Assembly (NCBI GenBank): GCA_023428695.1 | Contig: JAEYWY010000028.1 | Coordinates: forward strand, 389,125-453,124 | Source of the DNA: Bacteroidota bacterium | Lineage (GTDB): Bacteria > Bacteroidota > Bacteroidia > Cytophagales > Cyclobacteriaceae | Direction of reading: 5' to 3' | DNA: 64,000 nucleotides | Shown here: in pieces, positions 18,525 to 26,410 of the stretch | How the letters are laid out: each line of letters opens with the position of its first letter | Numbering within the stretch: the stretch's first letter is position 1 | Position numbers and translations under genes: made by a program | The notes under the pieces: generated by a model | The model's database searches: none | The model's input: the letters and a program-made list of their open reading frames with translations, nothing else | What the model was told of the DNA's origin: nothing

Positions 18525-18899
18525 TCAGCTCTTTTGAATGAGCAGATCGAACCTCCTTCTTAGCAGGACGATCAGCTCCCGGTAGGAATTTGGCCGGGGT
18601 AATAGCGCGGCATTCAGAGACAGGGCGCGTTCAATATGATCGGGGTCAGTGCTGTTTGTGTACATCGTTACCGGAAGGTTGACAAACTGCTGATGTTTCC
18701 GGAGGTTCCCAAGAAAAAGCAGGTGGTTTTCACTGATGAAAACCATATCAGGAAGTTTCGACGAATTACTCGAAAGATACCTCATCGCCTCGACTTCATC
18801 GAGCGCAAAAGCAAATGAGATGGAGCCATTCACCTTTTTTAAGGCGTCGCTAAATATTCCTACCTCATCGCGGTTTCCATTAATAAGGTATACATTCAT
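18525..18899 (-). CDS. degenerate (pseudo-) receiver domain protein
   Basis: ATG at 18899. It aligns end to end with the receiver at 22255-22647 but lacks key residues: IDDDEDD becomes INGNRDE, FLDLNMP becomes FISENHL (phospho-acceptor Asp to Ser), and KP becomes RP. Confidence 0.65.
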   Translation of the reverse strand: MNVYLINGNRDEVGIFSDALKKVNGSISFAFALDEVEAMRYLSSNSSKLPDMVFISENHLLFLGNLRKHQQFVNLPVTMYTNSTDPDHIERALSLNAALLPRPNSYRELIVLLRRRFDLLIQKS

Positions 18900-19010
18900 A
18901 CGGAAAATGAAATAGTTGTAAAGTCATCCGGCGGGTCCATCCGGGGCTTCTTCCGACAAGTTAGTCAATCGCCCATAAAATCACAGCCTGGTTAATCAAG
19001 ATTTCCGTCG

Positions 19011-19727
19011 TCATTCGAATGGAGTCTCGATGAGCGTATCGAGCGCGATACGCATAATAGCGTCCCCGGCCTTCTCGCGCTCCATTGAATCATAGAAGAC
19101 GCGCGTTGCGAGGTTGTCGCTCACTGTGAGCATCGTCAACGCCTCAATTTTGGTCGTCGCAGCGAGGGCATACAGGACACTGGTCTCCATCTCAACGGCG
19201 AGTATACCCCGTGATCGCCAGTCATGAATACGGTGCTTTTCGTCGGTATAAAATAAGTCCGTACTGAATACGGAACCCACGATGAAAGGCGTCGCACTTC
19301 TTGCTGCAAGTTTTAATGCAGACGTGGTCAGGTTTTCGCTGGCAGGAGGCGGCTGATTTTCATCTACACCAAGTGTTCCAATGACAGATGAATCCGTATG
19401 GGCATACGTTGCAAGAACGAGCTTACCAACCTCAATATCCGGCTCAAGTGCACCGCACGTACCGACGCGGATAATTCTTTTTACCCCGTATTCGTGTATC
19501 AGCTCGTGCACATAGATAGCCGTTGACGGGATGCCCATCCCGGTTCCCTGCACCGATACTGTCCTGCCGCGATACACGCCGGTAAAACCAAGCATACCCC
19601 GTACGTTAGAATAACAAACCGCTTCGGAAAGCATAGACTGTGCAATGTGCTGTGCTCTCAATGGATCGCCACAGATAATAACTGAGTCGGATATTTGTCC
19701 CTGATCTGCACCAATATGGATACTCAT
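19011..19727 (-). CDS. deoD: purine nucleoside phosphorylase, DeoD (hexameric) type
   Basis: Collinear with E. coli DeoD from memory: HIGA, GDPLRAQ, NVRGMLGFTG, RIIRVGTCGA, VEMET, TVSDN. Phosphate- and base-site residues appear retained. Confidence 0.9.
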   Translation of the reverse strand: MSIHIGADQGQISDSVIICGDPLRAQHIAQSMLSEAVCYSNVRGMLGFTGVYRGRTVSVQGTGMGIPSTAIYVHELIHEYGVKRIIRVGTCGALEPDIEVGKLVLATYAHTDSSVIGTLGVDENQPPPASENLTTSALKLAARSATPFIVGSVFSTDLFYTDEKHRIHDWRSRGILAVEMETSVLYALAATTKIEALTMLTVSDNLATRVFYDSMEREKAGDAIMRIALDTLIETPFE

Positions 19728-19784
19728 AACTGGCTGGAATGTACTATAACTAAGTGAGATTTCCTGCGATCAGAATCAGGCTTC

Positions 19785-22241
19785 TTAACGGGGCAATACG
19801 ACGGTAAAGGTTGCACCCTTTCCAGGTTCCGCGATTGCAGATATTTGTCCCCCGTGGTTCTCAACAATCTTCTTGCACATGGCCAGACCAATGCCCGTGC
19901 CCTGATATTCCGATTTACCATGAAGCCGTTGAAAGATGTTAAATATCTGCACCGCGTTTTCCTGGTTAAACCCAATGCCATTGTCGACAAAATCAATACG
20001 AACATACTTTCCCGGAACCGGCAGTCCTTGTTCAGGTGACGACACGTGCGCAGTTTCACGACACCGGATGTCGAGGCGCAATGGCGTCCCGTTGCGCGAG
20101 AATTTTATCGCGTTAGAGACGAGATTGGTAAACAACTGGCTCATCTGAACCGGAATAGCTTTCAGAACCGGAAGCGGGTCGGCGTCTATGATACAACCCT
20201 TTTGTTCGATGAGAAGCTCATAGTCATTTAAGACCTCTTCCAATATCTTATTGAGATCAACCTGTTCAAATTCCTGATCCTGTTTTGAGAGTTGTGAAAT
20301 CGTAAGCACATCGCGTATCAACCCGAGCATTCGCGCGGATGACTTGTCAATCTTTGTCAGGTAGGACTTTGCCCGGCCATCCACGGCCGGACCAAGTACA
20401 TTGCCGAGCATCTCAACAAACGTAGAGATTTTTCGTGCGGGTTCCTGCAAATCATGCGAGGCGATATAGGCAAATTGGGAAAGTTCAGCGTTCGTACGAC
20501 GCAGGCTTTCGGTTCGTTCTCTCACAATCTCTTCGATTTCCCGCCGCGCAAGCACCTGGGGCGTGACGTCAACAGTGATTGCAAGCACGCCGAGGATTTC
20601 ACCATTTGAATCGCGGTAGGGTTCATACACGAAGTTCTGGTACACCGTCTCCTGTTTTCCGTTACGTGTGAGTACCACGGCGCGTTCATTGGCAACGAAA
20701 GGTATGCCGGTCGTGTAGACGTCATGCAATAACTGTTCAAGTCCCTGCCCCTGCGCGTCGGGCACGCCCCGAAAGATCGGCTTGTGCATTACATCTTTGG
20801 GAGATTTTCCCCAGAGTGCAATAATGAGATCGTTGGCAACTTCGACAACGTGTTCGGGGCCTATCATAATCGCCATCGCCACCGGAGCCTGCTTGACCAT
20901 GTTTCGGAAATTGCGTTCACTTTGTTCGACCTTGAGTTTTGCAACTATCAGGTCCGTAACATCCGCAGCGGTGTTCATCACACCGTAGACATTTCCGTTT
21001 CCGTCAAACAACGGAGTAAAGCTGTAGTTAAAGTAGTACGACCGAAGTTTACCCTCGACAATCAGGTCAACACGCTGATTCCGGGCATGAAACGGAATTC
21101 CCGTAGTGTAGACGCTATCGAGTTGTGGATAGATTTCCTGGTCGGCGAGTTCAGGTAACACTTCGCGGTAAGTTTTCCCGACTACATCACCACCCTTGCC
21201 CCATACGTCAACAATGGCTTGATTCACCATTGTGATCCGCATCTCCCTGCCTTCGTAAACACCAATCGGGAAAGGTGCGCTTTCCACGAGCGATCTTATT
21301 TTGATTTCGCTTTCTTCCAGTTTCTTGCGCGCGATGACTTCTTCGGTTACATCGGCAGCGACTGCCATAATCCCGGAGATTTCACCCGTTCCATTACGGA
21401 ACGCTTCGTATACAAAATTCACAAAAGCAGTTTCGGTACCACCGTCCCGGTAGAGAGTCACCGGTGTTCCAAAGGCGGTAAATGTCTCACCGCTTTCGAA
21501 CACCCGTTGCAGCAACGATTCGAAACCTTCGTGACGTGCCTCAACAAGTTCTTCGAATATCGGCTTACCCAGGATCTGCTGACCGGACTTCCCCCATAAT
21601 GCAAGCATTCTCTCGTTCGCGATATCTACGACGAACTCCGGGCCAGACAGAATACACATTGCCACCGGTGCCTGTCTGATAATATTTCTGAGATTAGTCT
21701 CGCTTTGAATTAACCGTTGACGAGCAAGCTCAAGTTCGTAAACCATGGTAACCTTTTTCGTCGTTTCGTTACATACGACCAACACACCGTCAATAGTACC
21801 ATGCTCACCGAAGATCGCGCTGTAGCTGAATGTCCAATACACGTCTTCGATTTTTCCGTTGCGAAAGATGGGGATCAATTGGTCTTCGAGGAAGAACGAT
21901 TCGCCGGTTGTTTTGACTTTTTCAATCAACGGATAAATGATGTCCCAGATTTCGGGCCAGCATTCGCGCGCTGTTTGTCCCAAAGCCTTCGGGTGTTTAC
22001 CGCTGCCTCCAAGACTGGGCCGATAGGCATCATTGTAAAACTGCACCATCTCGTCGCCCCACCACAGGAACATGGGGAAGCCCGAATGAATTACCGCAGC
22101 CACCATTGTTCGGAGAGACTGTGGCCAGTATTCTATGGGACCAACCGAAGTCTCGGACCAATCAAATTGTCGGATCAGTTCACCGAGTTCACCACCGGCC
22201 TGAAGGAATGCGTACGATCTTTCGGTTTTCTCTACCATCAT
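19785..22241 (-). CDS. cytoplasmic multi-PAS sensor histidine kinase
   Basis: No TM segment. N-terminal FDWSETSVGPIEYWPQSLRT PAS-like module plus about three more PAS repeats. H-box ASHDLQEP. HATPase blocks NLVSNAIKFS, DNGIGF, GTGIGLAMC. Confidence 0.9.
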   Translation of the reverse strand: MMVEKTERSYAFLQAGGELGELIRQFDWSETSVGPIEYWPQSLRTMVAAVIHSGFPMFLWWGDEMVQFYNDAYRPSLGGSGKHPKALGQTARECWPEIWDIIYPLIEKVKTTGESFFLEDQLIPIFRNGKIEDVYWTFSYSAIFGEHGTIDGVLVVCNETTKKVTMVYELELARQRLIQSETNLRNIIRQAPVAMCILSGPEFVVDIANERMLALWGKSGQQILGKPIFEELVEARHEGFESLLQRVFESGETFTAFGTPVTLYRDGGTETAFVNFVYEAFRNGTGEISGIMAVAADVTEEVIARKKLEESEIKIRSLVESAPFPIGVYEGREMRITMVNQAIVDVWGKGGDVVGKTYREVLPELADQEIYPQLDSVYTTGIPFHARNQRVDLIVEGKLRSYYFNYSFTPLFDGNGNVYGVMNTAADVTDLIVAKLKVEQSERNFRNMVKQAPVAMAIMIGPEHVVEVANDLIIALWGKSPKDVMHKPIFRGVPDAQGQGLEQLLHDVYTTGIPFVANERAVVLTRNGKQETVYQNFVYEPYRDSNGEILGVLAITVDVTPQVLARREIEEIVRERTESLRRTNAELSQFAYIASHDLQEPARKISTFVEMLGNVLGPAVDGRAKSYLTKIDKSSARMLGLIRDVLTISQLSKQDQEFEQVDLNKILEEVLNDYELLIEQKGCIIDADPLPVLKAIPVQMSQLFTNLVSNAIKFSRNGTPLRLDIRCRETAHVSSPEQGLPVPGKYVRIDFVDNGIGFNQENAVQIFNIFQRLHGKSEYQGTGIGLAMCKKIVENHGGQISAIAEPGKGATFTVVLPR

Positions 22242-22254
22242 TTTTTTCGAATTC

Positions 22255-22647
22255 TCAGATACGCCGTTCAGTCAGAAACTTTTTTAAGGTGCTTTCCCAT
22301 CCTGAATACTTGTCAGGTTTCGTAATAAAATCTGCTGCCCCGAGTTCTTTCGTTCGTGTTATGGAATCGCGGTCGGAACTTGTGGAAAGAATCACGACTG
22401 GGATGTCCTTCCATGACGAATTCTTTTTCACCTCAATAAGGAACTGGCGGCCATCCATCAGGGGCATGTTAAGGTCGAGGAAAATGAGCTGAGGCAACGT
22501 TGACGCCGACGCTAACACATTGAGACCCTCGCGGCCGTTTGCTGCAATTGCGCACATCGTTGCGGGCGACACAACTTCGATCACGGATAGGAATATCTCA
22601 CGGTCATCCTCGTCGTCGTCAATGAGCAACAGGTGTTTAAAGGACAT
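22255..22647 (-). CDS. stand-alone response-regulator receiver protein
   Basis: LLLIDDDEDD, LIFLDLNMPLMDG, VVILSTS, FITKP; no output domain. Its stop is 13 nt upstream of the kinase start. Confidence 0.9.
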   Translation of the reverse strand: MSFKHLLLIDDDEDDREIFLSVIEVVSPATMCAIAANGREGLNVLASASTLPQLIFLDLNMPLMDGRQFLIEVKKNSSWKDIPVVILSTSSDRDSITRTKELGAADFITKPDKYSGWESTLKKFLTERRI

Positions 22648-22670
22648 GCAACAAAAATAGAAATTATTGC

Positions 22671-22704
22671 CAGAGAACTATCAGAGATATCCGGTAGTTC
22701 TCTG
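22671..22704 (-). terminator. hairpin terminator downstream of the DinB-family gene
   Basis: Perfect 10-bp stem cagagaacta / tagttctctg with a 14-nt loop. On the minus strand it is followed by a T-rich stretch (gcaataatttctattttt). Confidence 0.55.
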
Positions 22705-22732
22705 ATCAGCAATGTAAACCTGCCCGGTCCAA

Positions 22733-23260
22733 TCAGAAAAGTTTTTCCTGCGGGGGTTTCGCTCCCGCCAGCCGCAAATAGACCGTCGTCTGGCCACGGT
22801 GATGTGTCTGATGTTCAAAGCACTTGATGAAAGCAGCTTCCTTAGTCATCTCGAACCGGTTGAACATTTTTATTGTCTCCTGCAAAGTTTTCGGATCAAC
22901 ATTCTTAAGACTTGCAATGACGAAATCATAACCTTCCATTACCAGTCGGGTGACGTTTTCCTTGGATTTATCAGTGGCCTTTTCAAGTTCCCCGAAGTTG
23001 ATGGGATTCTTTTGTCCCGAAGCAGCTGAAGCAAATCCATAATTAGCTTCTGTGAGATGAAGCATCTGTTCTGCAAACGACCGCATTTCAGGCGTTGGCT
23101 TAAAACCGTACCCAGCCTCGGGCATTGCATCGAGATATTCCTTTGTATATGCTTTTGCCCGTTCCCAGTCCTTCAGGAGTTCATCCAACGATTGAGCATG
23201 AAGTGTCTGCAGCACCGGCAGCAAGAGCAGAATAGTAACAAGTGTCCTGATCGATTTCAT
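22733..23260 (-). CDS. DinB-family (DinB_2-like) metal-dependent protein with signal peptide
   Basis: Signal MKSIRTLVTILLLLPVLQTLHAQ. Four-helix-bundle His motifs (HLTEANY, HQTHHRGQ). Confidence 0.75.
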   Translation of the reverse strand: MKSIRTLVTILLLLPVLQTLHAQSLDELLKDWERAKAYTKEYLDAMPEAGYGFKPTPEMRSFAEQMLHLTEANYGFASAASGQKNPINFGELEKATDKSKENVTRLVMEGYDFVIASLKNVDPKTLQETIKMFNRFEMTKEAAFIKCFEHQTHHRGQTTVYLRLAGAKPPQEKLF

Positions 23261-23367
23261 AGGCTAATTTTTCTTCAATATAATAGTTTCGGGGGCATTA
23301 TCGATCGATCCGAAATGAAGAGTAGTACTGGAAGGACGACAGGAGCCGCGCGGATGGCGGAAAAATG

Positions 23368-23442
23368 TAGTCTGGATCGGGTTCGAACCGATGACCTCTG
23401 CCCTGTCAAGGCAGCGCTCTAAACCAGCTGAGCTACCAGACT
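23368..23442 (-). tRNA. tRNA-Val (anticodon GAC)
   Basis: The reverse complement folds as a cloverleaf: acceptor AGTCTGG/CCAGACT, D-arm GCTC/GAGC, anticodon stem CTGCC/GGCAG with loop TTGACAG, T-arm ATCGG-TTCGAAC-CCGAT, discriminator A. CCA is not encoded. Confidence 0.95.
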
Positions 23443-23633
23443 TTCAAAGAGGTGCTAAAGTAAGCCGATTAGGCCAACATGTCAAGTCGCGTTGAAACCG
23501 GATATGAATTAAATGTCCTGCTCTGTTTCTTCAAGAATTCACCCGTTTCTGACAGCTCTGAAGGTAGAAAGGCTCCCCCCCGGACGTCACTGAAACGATT
23601 GCAGAAAAATGATCCTTATCCTATCTTTAGCAC

Positions 23634-23954
23634 ATGATCGTTCGGGGGTTGGCTATTCTTATATTATCGCTTCTAACCTATTGCAGTTACGGACAAACCG
23701 GGACAGATCCGTCCACGTCTGCCACCGACCCGAAAGTCAAGATCGAAAAAACCAAGCGTGCGCGCGGGACGTCACCGCGAAAGGACCACGAAGTTCGTTT
23801 CGCCGACAAGAACAAGAAGAAAGCTGTCAGTGTAAAGGAGCGCGAGCCGGTGGTGTATAAGAACAACAAGAAAATGCAAAAGCGCAACCGCCAACGCATG
23901 AACACTGGCAAGACGGGAAAAAAGCGCAGAACACCACTTCCTGACCTGGACTAG
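23634..23954 (+). CDS. small secreted polycationic protein (hypothetical)
   Basis: ATG at 23634. Signal-like MIVRGLAILILSLLTYCSYGQ. The remainder is Lys/Arg-rich (KKMQKRNRQRMNTGKTGKKRR). Confidence 0.45.
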   Translation: MIVRGLAILILSLLTYCSYGQTGTDPSTSATDPKVKIEKTKRARGTSPRKDHEVRFADKNKKKAVSVKEREPVVYKNNKKMQKRNRQRMNTGKTGKKRRTPLPDLD

Positions 23955-23982
23955 TCCCTTGGCGACACCGTTAAAGAAAACA

Positions 23983-24006
23983 AAAAATGCCGACGTGAAG
24001 CCGGCA
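23983..24006 (-). terminator. weak hairpin plus T-run, possible distal terminator for dps
   Basis: On the minus strand: tgccg-gcttcacgt-cggca followed by ttttttgtttt. The stem is only 5 bp and it lies about 180 nt beyond the dps stop. Confidence 0.3.
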
Positions 24007-24186
24007 CTTTGTGAATCGCCATCAACATGCTACTTATTTCAATGCTGTAAGAAATCCCTCCGTATGATGGTTGTGGTTGCACCTGCGCCCATCTTCCCGT
24101 GGGTATTCGGGGGTATCCGCGGAGCACGTATGTTCATATACCCACAACGCGCGGGCTGCCCGAAATCAGGCTGTATAGTTCGGAAA

Positions 24187-24651
24187 TTATTTAAGGTAAG
24201 CCGAATACATCCACAAAAGCTTCTCTTGTTCGCGGATGTAGTCACTCATGAGCGCCAGCGTACCTTCGTCCCCGGCATCCTCTGCGAGTTTAAGGATGTC
24301 GCGTTCTTTGGTAACGAGAACCTTAAGTGCTGAAACAATTTCTTCCACAGCCTCTCTCCCATCCGAAATCCCCGTAGCTTCCTGGATCGTCGAATGTTTG
24401 AGAAACCCACTGAATGAATGTATCGGAGTCTGTTCAAGTGTTCTCACACGCTCCGCTATCTCGTCAATTTTCAGCAAGGCATCATTATACAGCTCCTCAA
24501 ACTTAGCATGTAGTTCAAAAAACTTTTCTCCGGTGATATTCCAGTGAAATCCGCGCACATTGATGTAAAATAACTGATAGTTGGCAAGCAATTCATTCAG
24601 TTTCGCCGCGAGTTGCCGTGATTTTTCAATATCCAGACCAATTGTATTCAT
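24187..24651 (-). CDS. dps: Dps-family DNA-protecting ferritin-like protein
   Basis: The first plausible start, MNTIGLD, is at 24651 (154 aa). Contains LNELLANYQLFYINVRGFHWNITGEKFFELHAKFEELY (ferroxidase His/Asp/Glu). Confidence 0.9.
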   Translation of the reverse strand: MNTIGLDIEKSRQLAAKLNELLANYQLFYINVRGFHWNITGEKFFELHAKFEELYNDALLKIDEIAERVRTLEQTPIHSFSGFLKHSTIQEATGISDGREAVEEIVSALKVLVTKERDILKLAEDAGDEGTLALMSDYIREQEKLLWMYSAYLK

Positions 24652-24770
24652 AATCTTTCCTTTATAGAGTAACACTACTAAAGTTACCCGTTTCCACACT
24701 CATATTGAATGACGAAAATCAGTAACATACAGGGCGATAATCATAGGGTAAGTACTACCACAGGACTCCA

Positions 24771-25118
24771 TTATTTGAAAAGTGTCGACCACCCACCACC
24801 AAATGTGTATTTACGACTCTGTTTAACGAGTGTAAGACCAAGAATAAGAAGCCCCGTGATGTAATCGCTGGCAAAGGCAACGGAATTATCATAGTCGAGT
24901 ATCCATGGCGCAAAGAGCAGCCACGCACCCGGGAGCAGATTCACCATGCGGATGTTACGTAAAGATTCGGAAATCGCGATCGTAGCGAACGTAACTACCA
25001 CTGGCCCGACAATCCGTCCGTTGTCAGCGATAAACTTTTCGAAGTCGAAAATCCCCGGAGCCGCCATCAGCCAAATTCCCAGCAAAACCGTTACGTATCG
25101 TGCCCACATATCAAGCAA
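24771..25118 (-). CDS. small 4-TM membrane protein, SPW-repeat-like
   Basis: Two repeats of the type LLGIWLMAAPGIF / PGAWLLFAPWILDY. Its start overlaps the upstream gene stop by 8 nt. Confidence 0.5.
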   Translation of the reverse strand: MLDMWARYVTVLLGIWLMAAPGIFDFEKFIADNGRIVGPVVVTFATIAISESLRNIRMVNLLPGAWLLFAPWILDYDNSVAFASDYITGLLILGLTLVKQSRKYTFGGGWSTLFK

Positions 25119-25683
25119 TCTTTTCCGCGACTGGTTTCATACCCCAAAATGCTTTCCAAACAGACTCGCGTGACTGCTTTACGCGCTTCAGATATTGGCA
25201 GCTTGCCAGCACTTCATCCATCGAAGGACCAATCATTACAACCGAAATCGCAGCGGTCGTGAGGCACAGCGTACACCACGCATCAAAAAGGACCGGCTGA
25301 AGAACGACGAGTAACACGCTAACCAATCCCAACGGACCTACGGCGATACCAAAGAGCACGACAATCCACGGCTTTGTTTTCCATCGGTATGTACCGCCGA
25401 TAGTCCCGGCAACTGCGTCAAAGAGGTAACTCAACGCACCAAGGACTGCATCGGGGATCGGCAACATGTGAGAAACCGGTGAGTTTAGTATGGTTATGGA
25501 GCCATCTCCGAAAAAGGGTTCCCACACTTCAGTGACTATACCGAGTTGATAGAGCCCCATGTATCCGGCAATAAAAAATCCGACCATGGCAAGTACAATG
25601 ATTGGAATACGTTCCTTCCACGCAGCGGGGTTGTAATTCCATTCGGGTGGAATGTCGTCACTGAATTCGAAGGCCTTGACCAT
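25111..25683 (-). CDS. VKOR-like (vitamin K epoxide reductase family) membrane protein
   Basis: Four or five TM helices. A CxxC (WCTLCL) sits in the last core helix, and a SPVSHMLPIPDAVLGALSY loop block is present. The usual loop cysteine pair is absent. Confidence 0.55.
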   Translation of the reverse strand: MVKAFEFSDDIPPEWNYNPAAWKERIPIIVLAMVGFFIAGYMGLYQLGIVTEVWEPFFGDGSITILNSPVSHMLPIPDAVLGALSYLFDAVAGTIGGTYRWKTKPWIVVLFGIAVGPLGLVSVLLVVLQPVLFDAWCTLCLTTAAISVVMIGPSMDEVLASCQYLKRVKQSRESVWKAFWGMKPVAEKIA

Positions 25684-25723
25684 GACTTCTCTGTACCACG
25701 GTATGTGTTATGAGCGCGCAGGA

Positions 25724-26374
25724 TCAGCCGATCCGACCCTGTTCATTTTCATGACCAACGAGATATTTCGTGAGGCTTTCCCACTGGTTCTTTTGAAAGA
25801 ATGCCCACCCGTTCACTGCTACGAGTGTATGCTCAGCGGCATCATCACCGGCCTCTTCACCCTTGTTGTTTATTGCTTCGTTGGTGCCGATTTCCATCGC
25901 CTTTAATACATTACCAAAGCGTTGTACACGGAAAATGCTTCGCGCATCCTCATGAAAGAAGTGGTCAGTTTTTTCCGGCTTATCAAAGTTTGAAGGGTCA
26001 TGCGTCGGTTTGACGGTGAACTCTGCGAGATCTGGCTCCTCTTTCACGTCGATAACCTCCACCCAGTATTTATCTACCGGTCCCGGTAAATCGATTCTTA
26101 TAAAGTCTCCGGTCATCACGATCTTATGTTCTGTTGGCGTACCTGCAGCATTGTGTATTCTGAAGCCAGCCGTTCCGATGCCCTGAATGTCAGACCATGC
26201 ATTTACATCGAAAAGTCTTTCCTTTGCAGCGACAAATTCGCGCTTTGCCGCTTCATCATCTGCAAAAGACTTTTCGCTGGTGTATGTTTTATCCTTGCTT
26301 TTATTTCCCTTGATAACTTCAACTTCATCTGAGATTGCTTTTGCAACCTTTTTTACTGCACTCTTGAGACTCAT
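25724..26374 (-). CDS. hypothetical soluble protein (no domain recognised)
   Basis: 216-aa ORF with protein-like composition, 36 and 40 nt from its flanking co-directional genes. I recognise no motif. Confidence 0.6.
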   Translation of the reverse strand: MSLKSAVKKVAKAISDEVEVIKGNKSKDKTYTSEKSFADDEAAKREFVAAKERLFDVNAWSDIQGIGTAGFRIHNAAGTPTEHKIVMTGDFIRIDLPGPVDKYWVEVIDVKEEPDLAEFTVKPTHDPSNFDKPEKTDHFFHEDARSIFRVQRFGNVLKAMEIGTNEAINNKGEEAGDDAAEHTLVAVNGWAFFQKNQWESLTKYLVGHENEQGRIG

Positions 26375-26410
26375 ATCTGATGTTTTGGTTTATTACTTCG
26401 TTTATTATTC

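Noticed and set aside
19724-20059. 111-aa GTG-initiated ORF overlapping the 3' end of the histidine kinase gene and the deoD start.
   Set aside because: It is out of frame within the HATPase domain region of the kinase and has Arg/Cys-rich composition. No motif is recognisable.
18525-22647. Calling this locus a bona fide Detocs system.
   Set aside because: Canonical Detocs has the PNP fused to a receiver and, as I recall, a different sensor kinase. Here the PNP is a full-length DeoD-like enzyme with salvage-type residues. It is kept only as a hypothesis in the findings.
23368-23442. tRNA-Val as an integration site for a genomic island or prophage.
   Set aside because: There is no integrase, transposase or phage-like gene on either side. 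I found no duplicated copy of the tRNA 3' end nearby.
23959-24333. 124-aa plus-strand ORF and 68-aa minus-strand ORF in the gap downstream of dps.
   Set aside because: The plus ORF runs antisense into the dps coding region. Both are Cys/Arg/Pro-rich with no motif, so the region is treated as the dps 3' UTR/spacer.
24664-24678. Listing the dps-proximal ATAG-N7-CTAC as a feature in its own right.
   Set aside because: It has one mismatch and lies only 13-27 nt from the start codon, which is too weak alone. It is mentioned only as supporting context for the katG motif.
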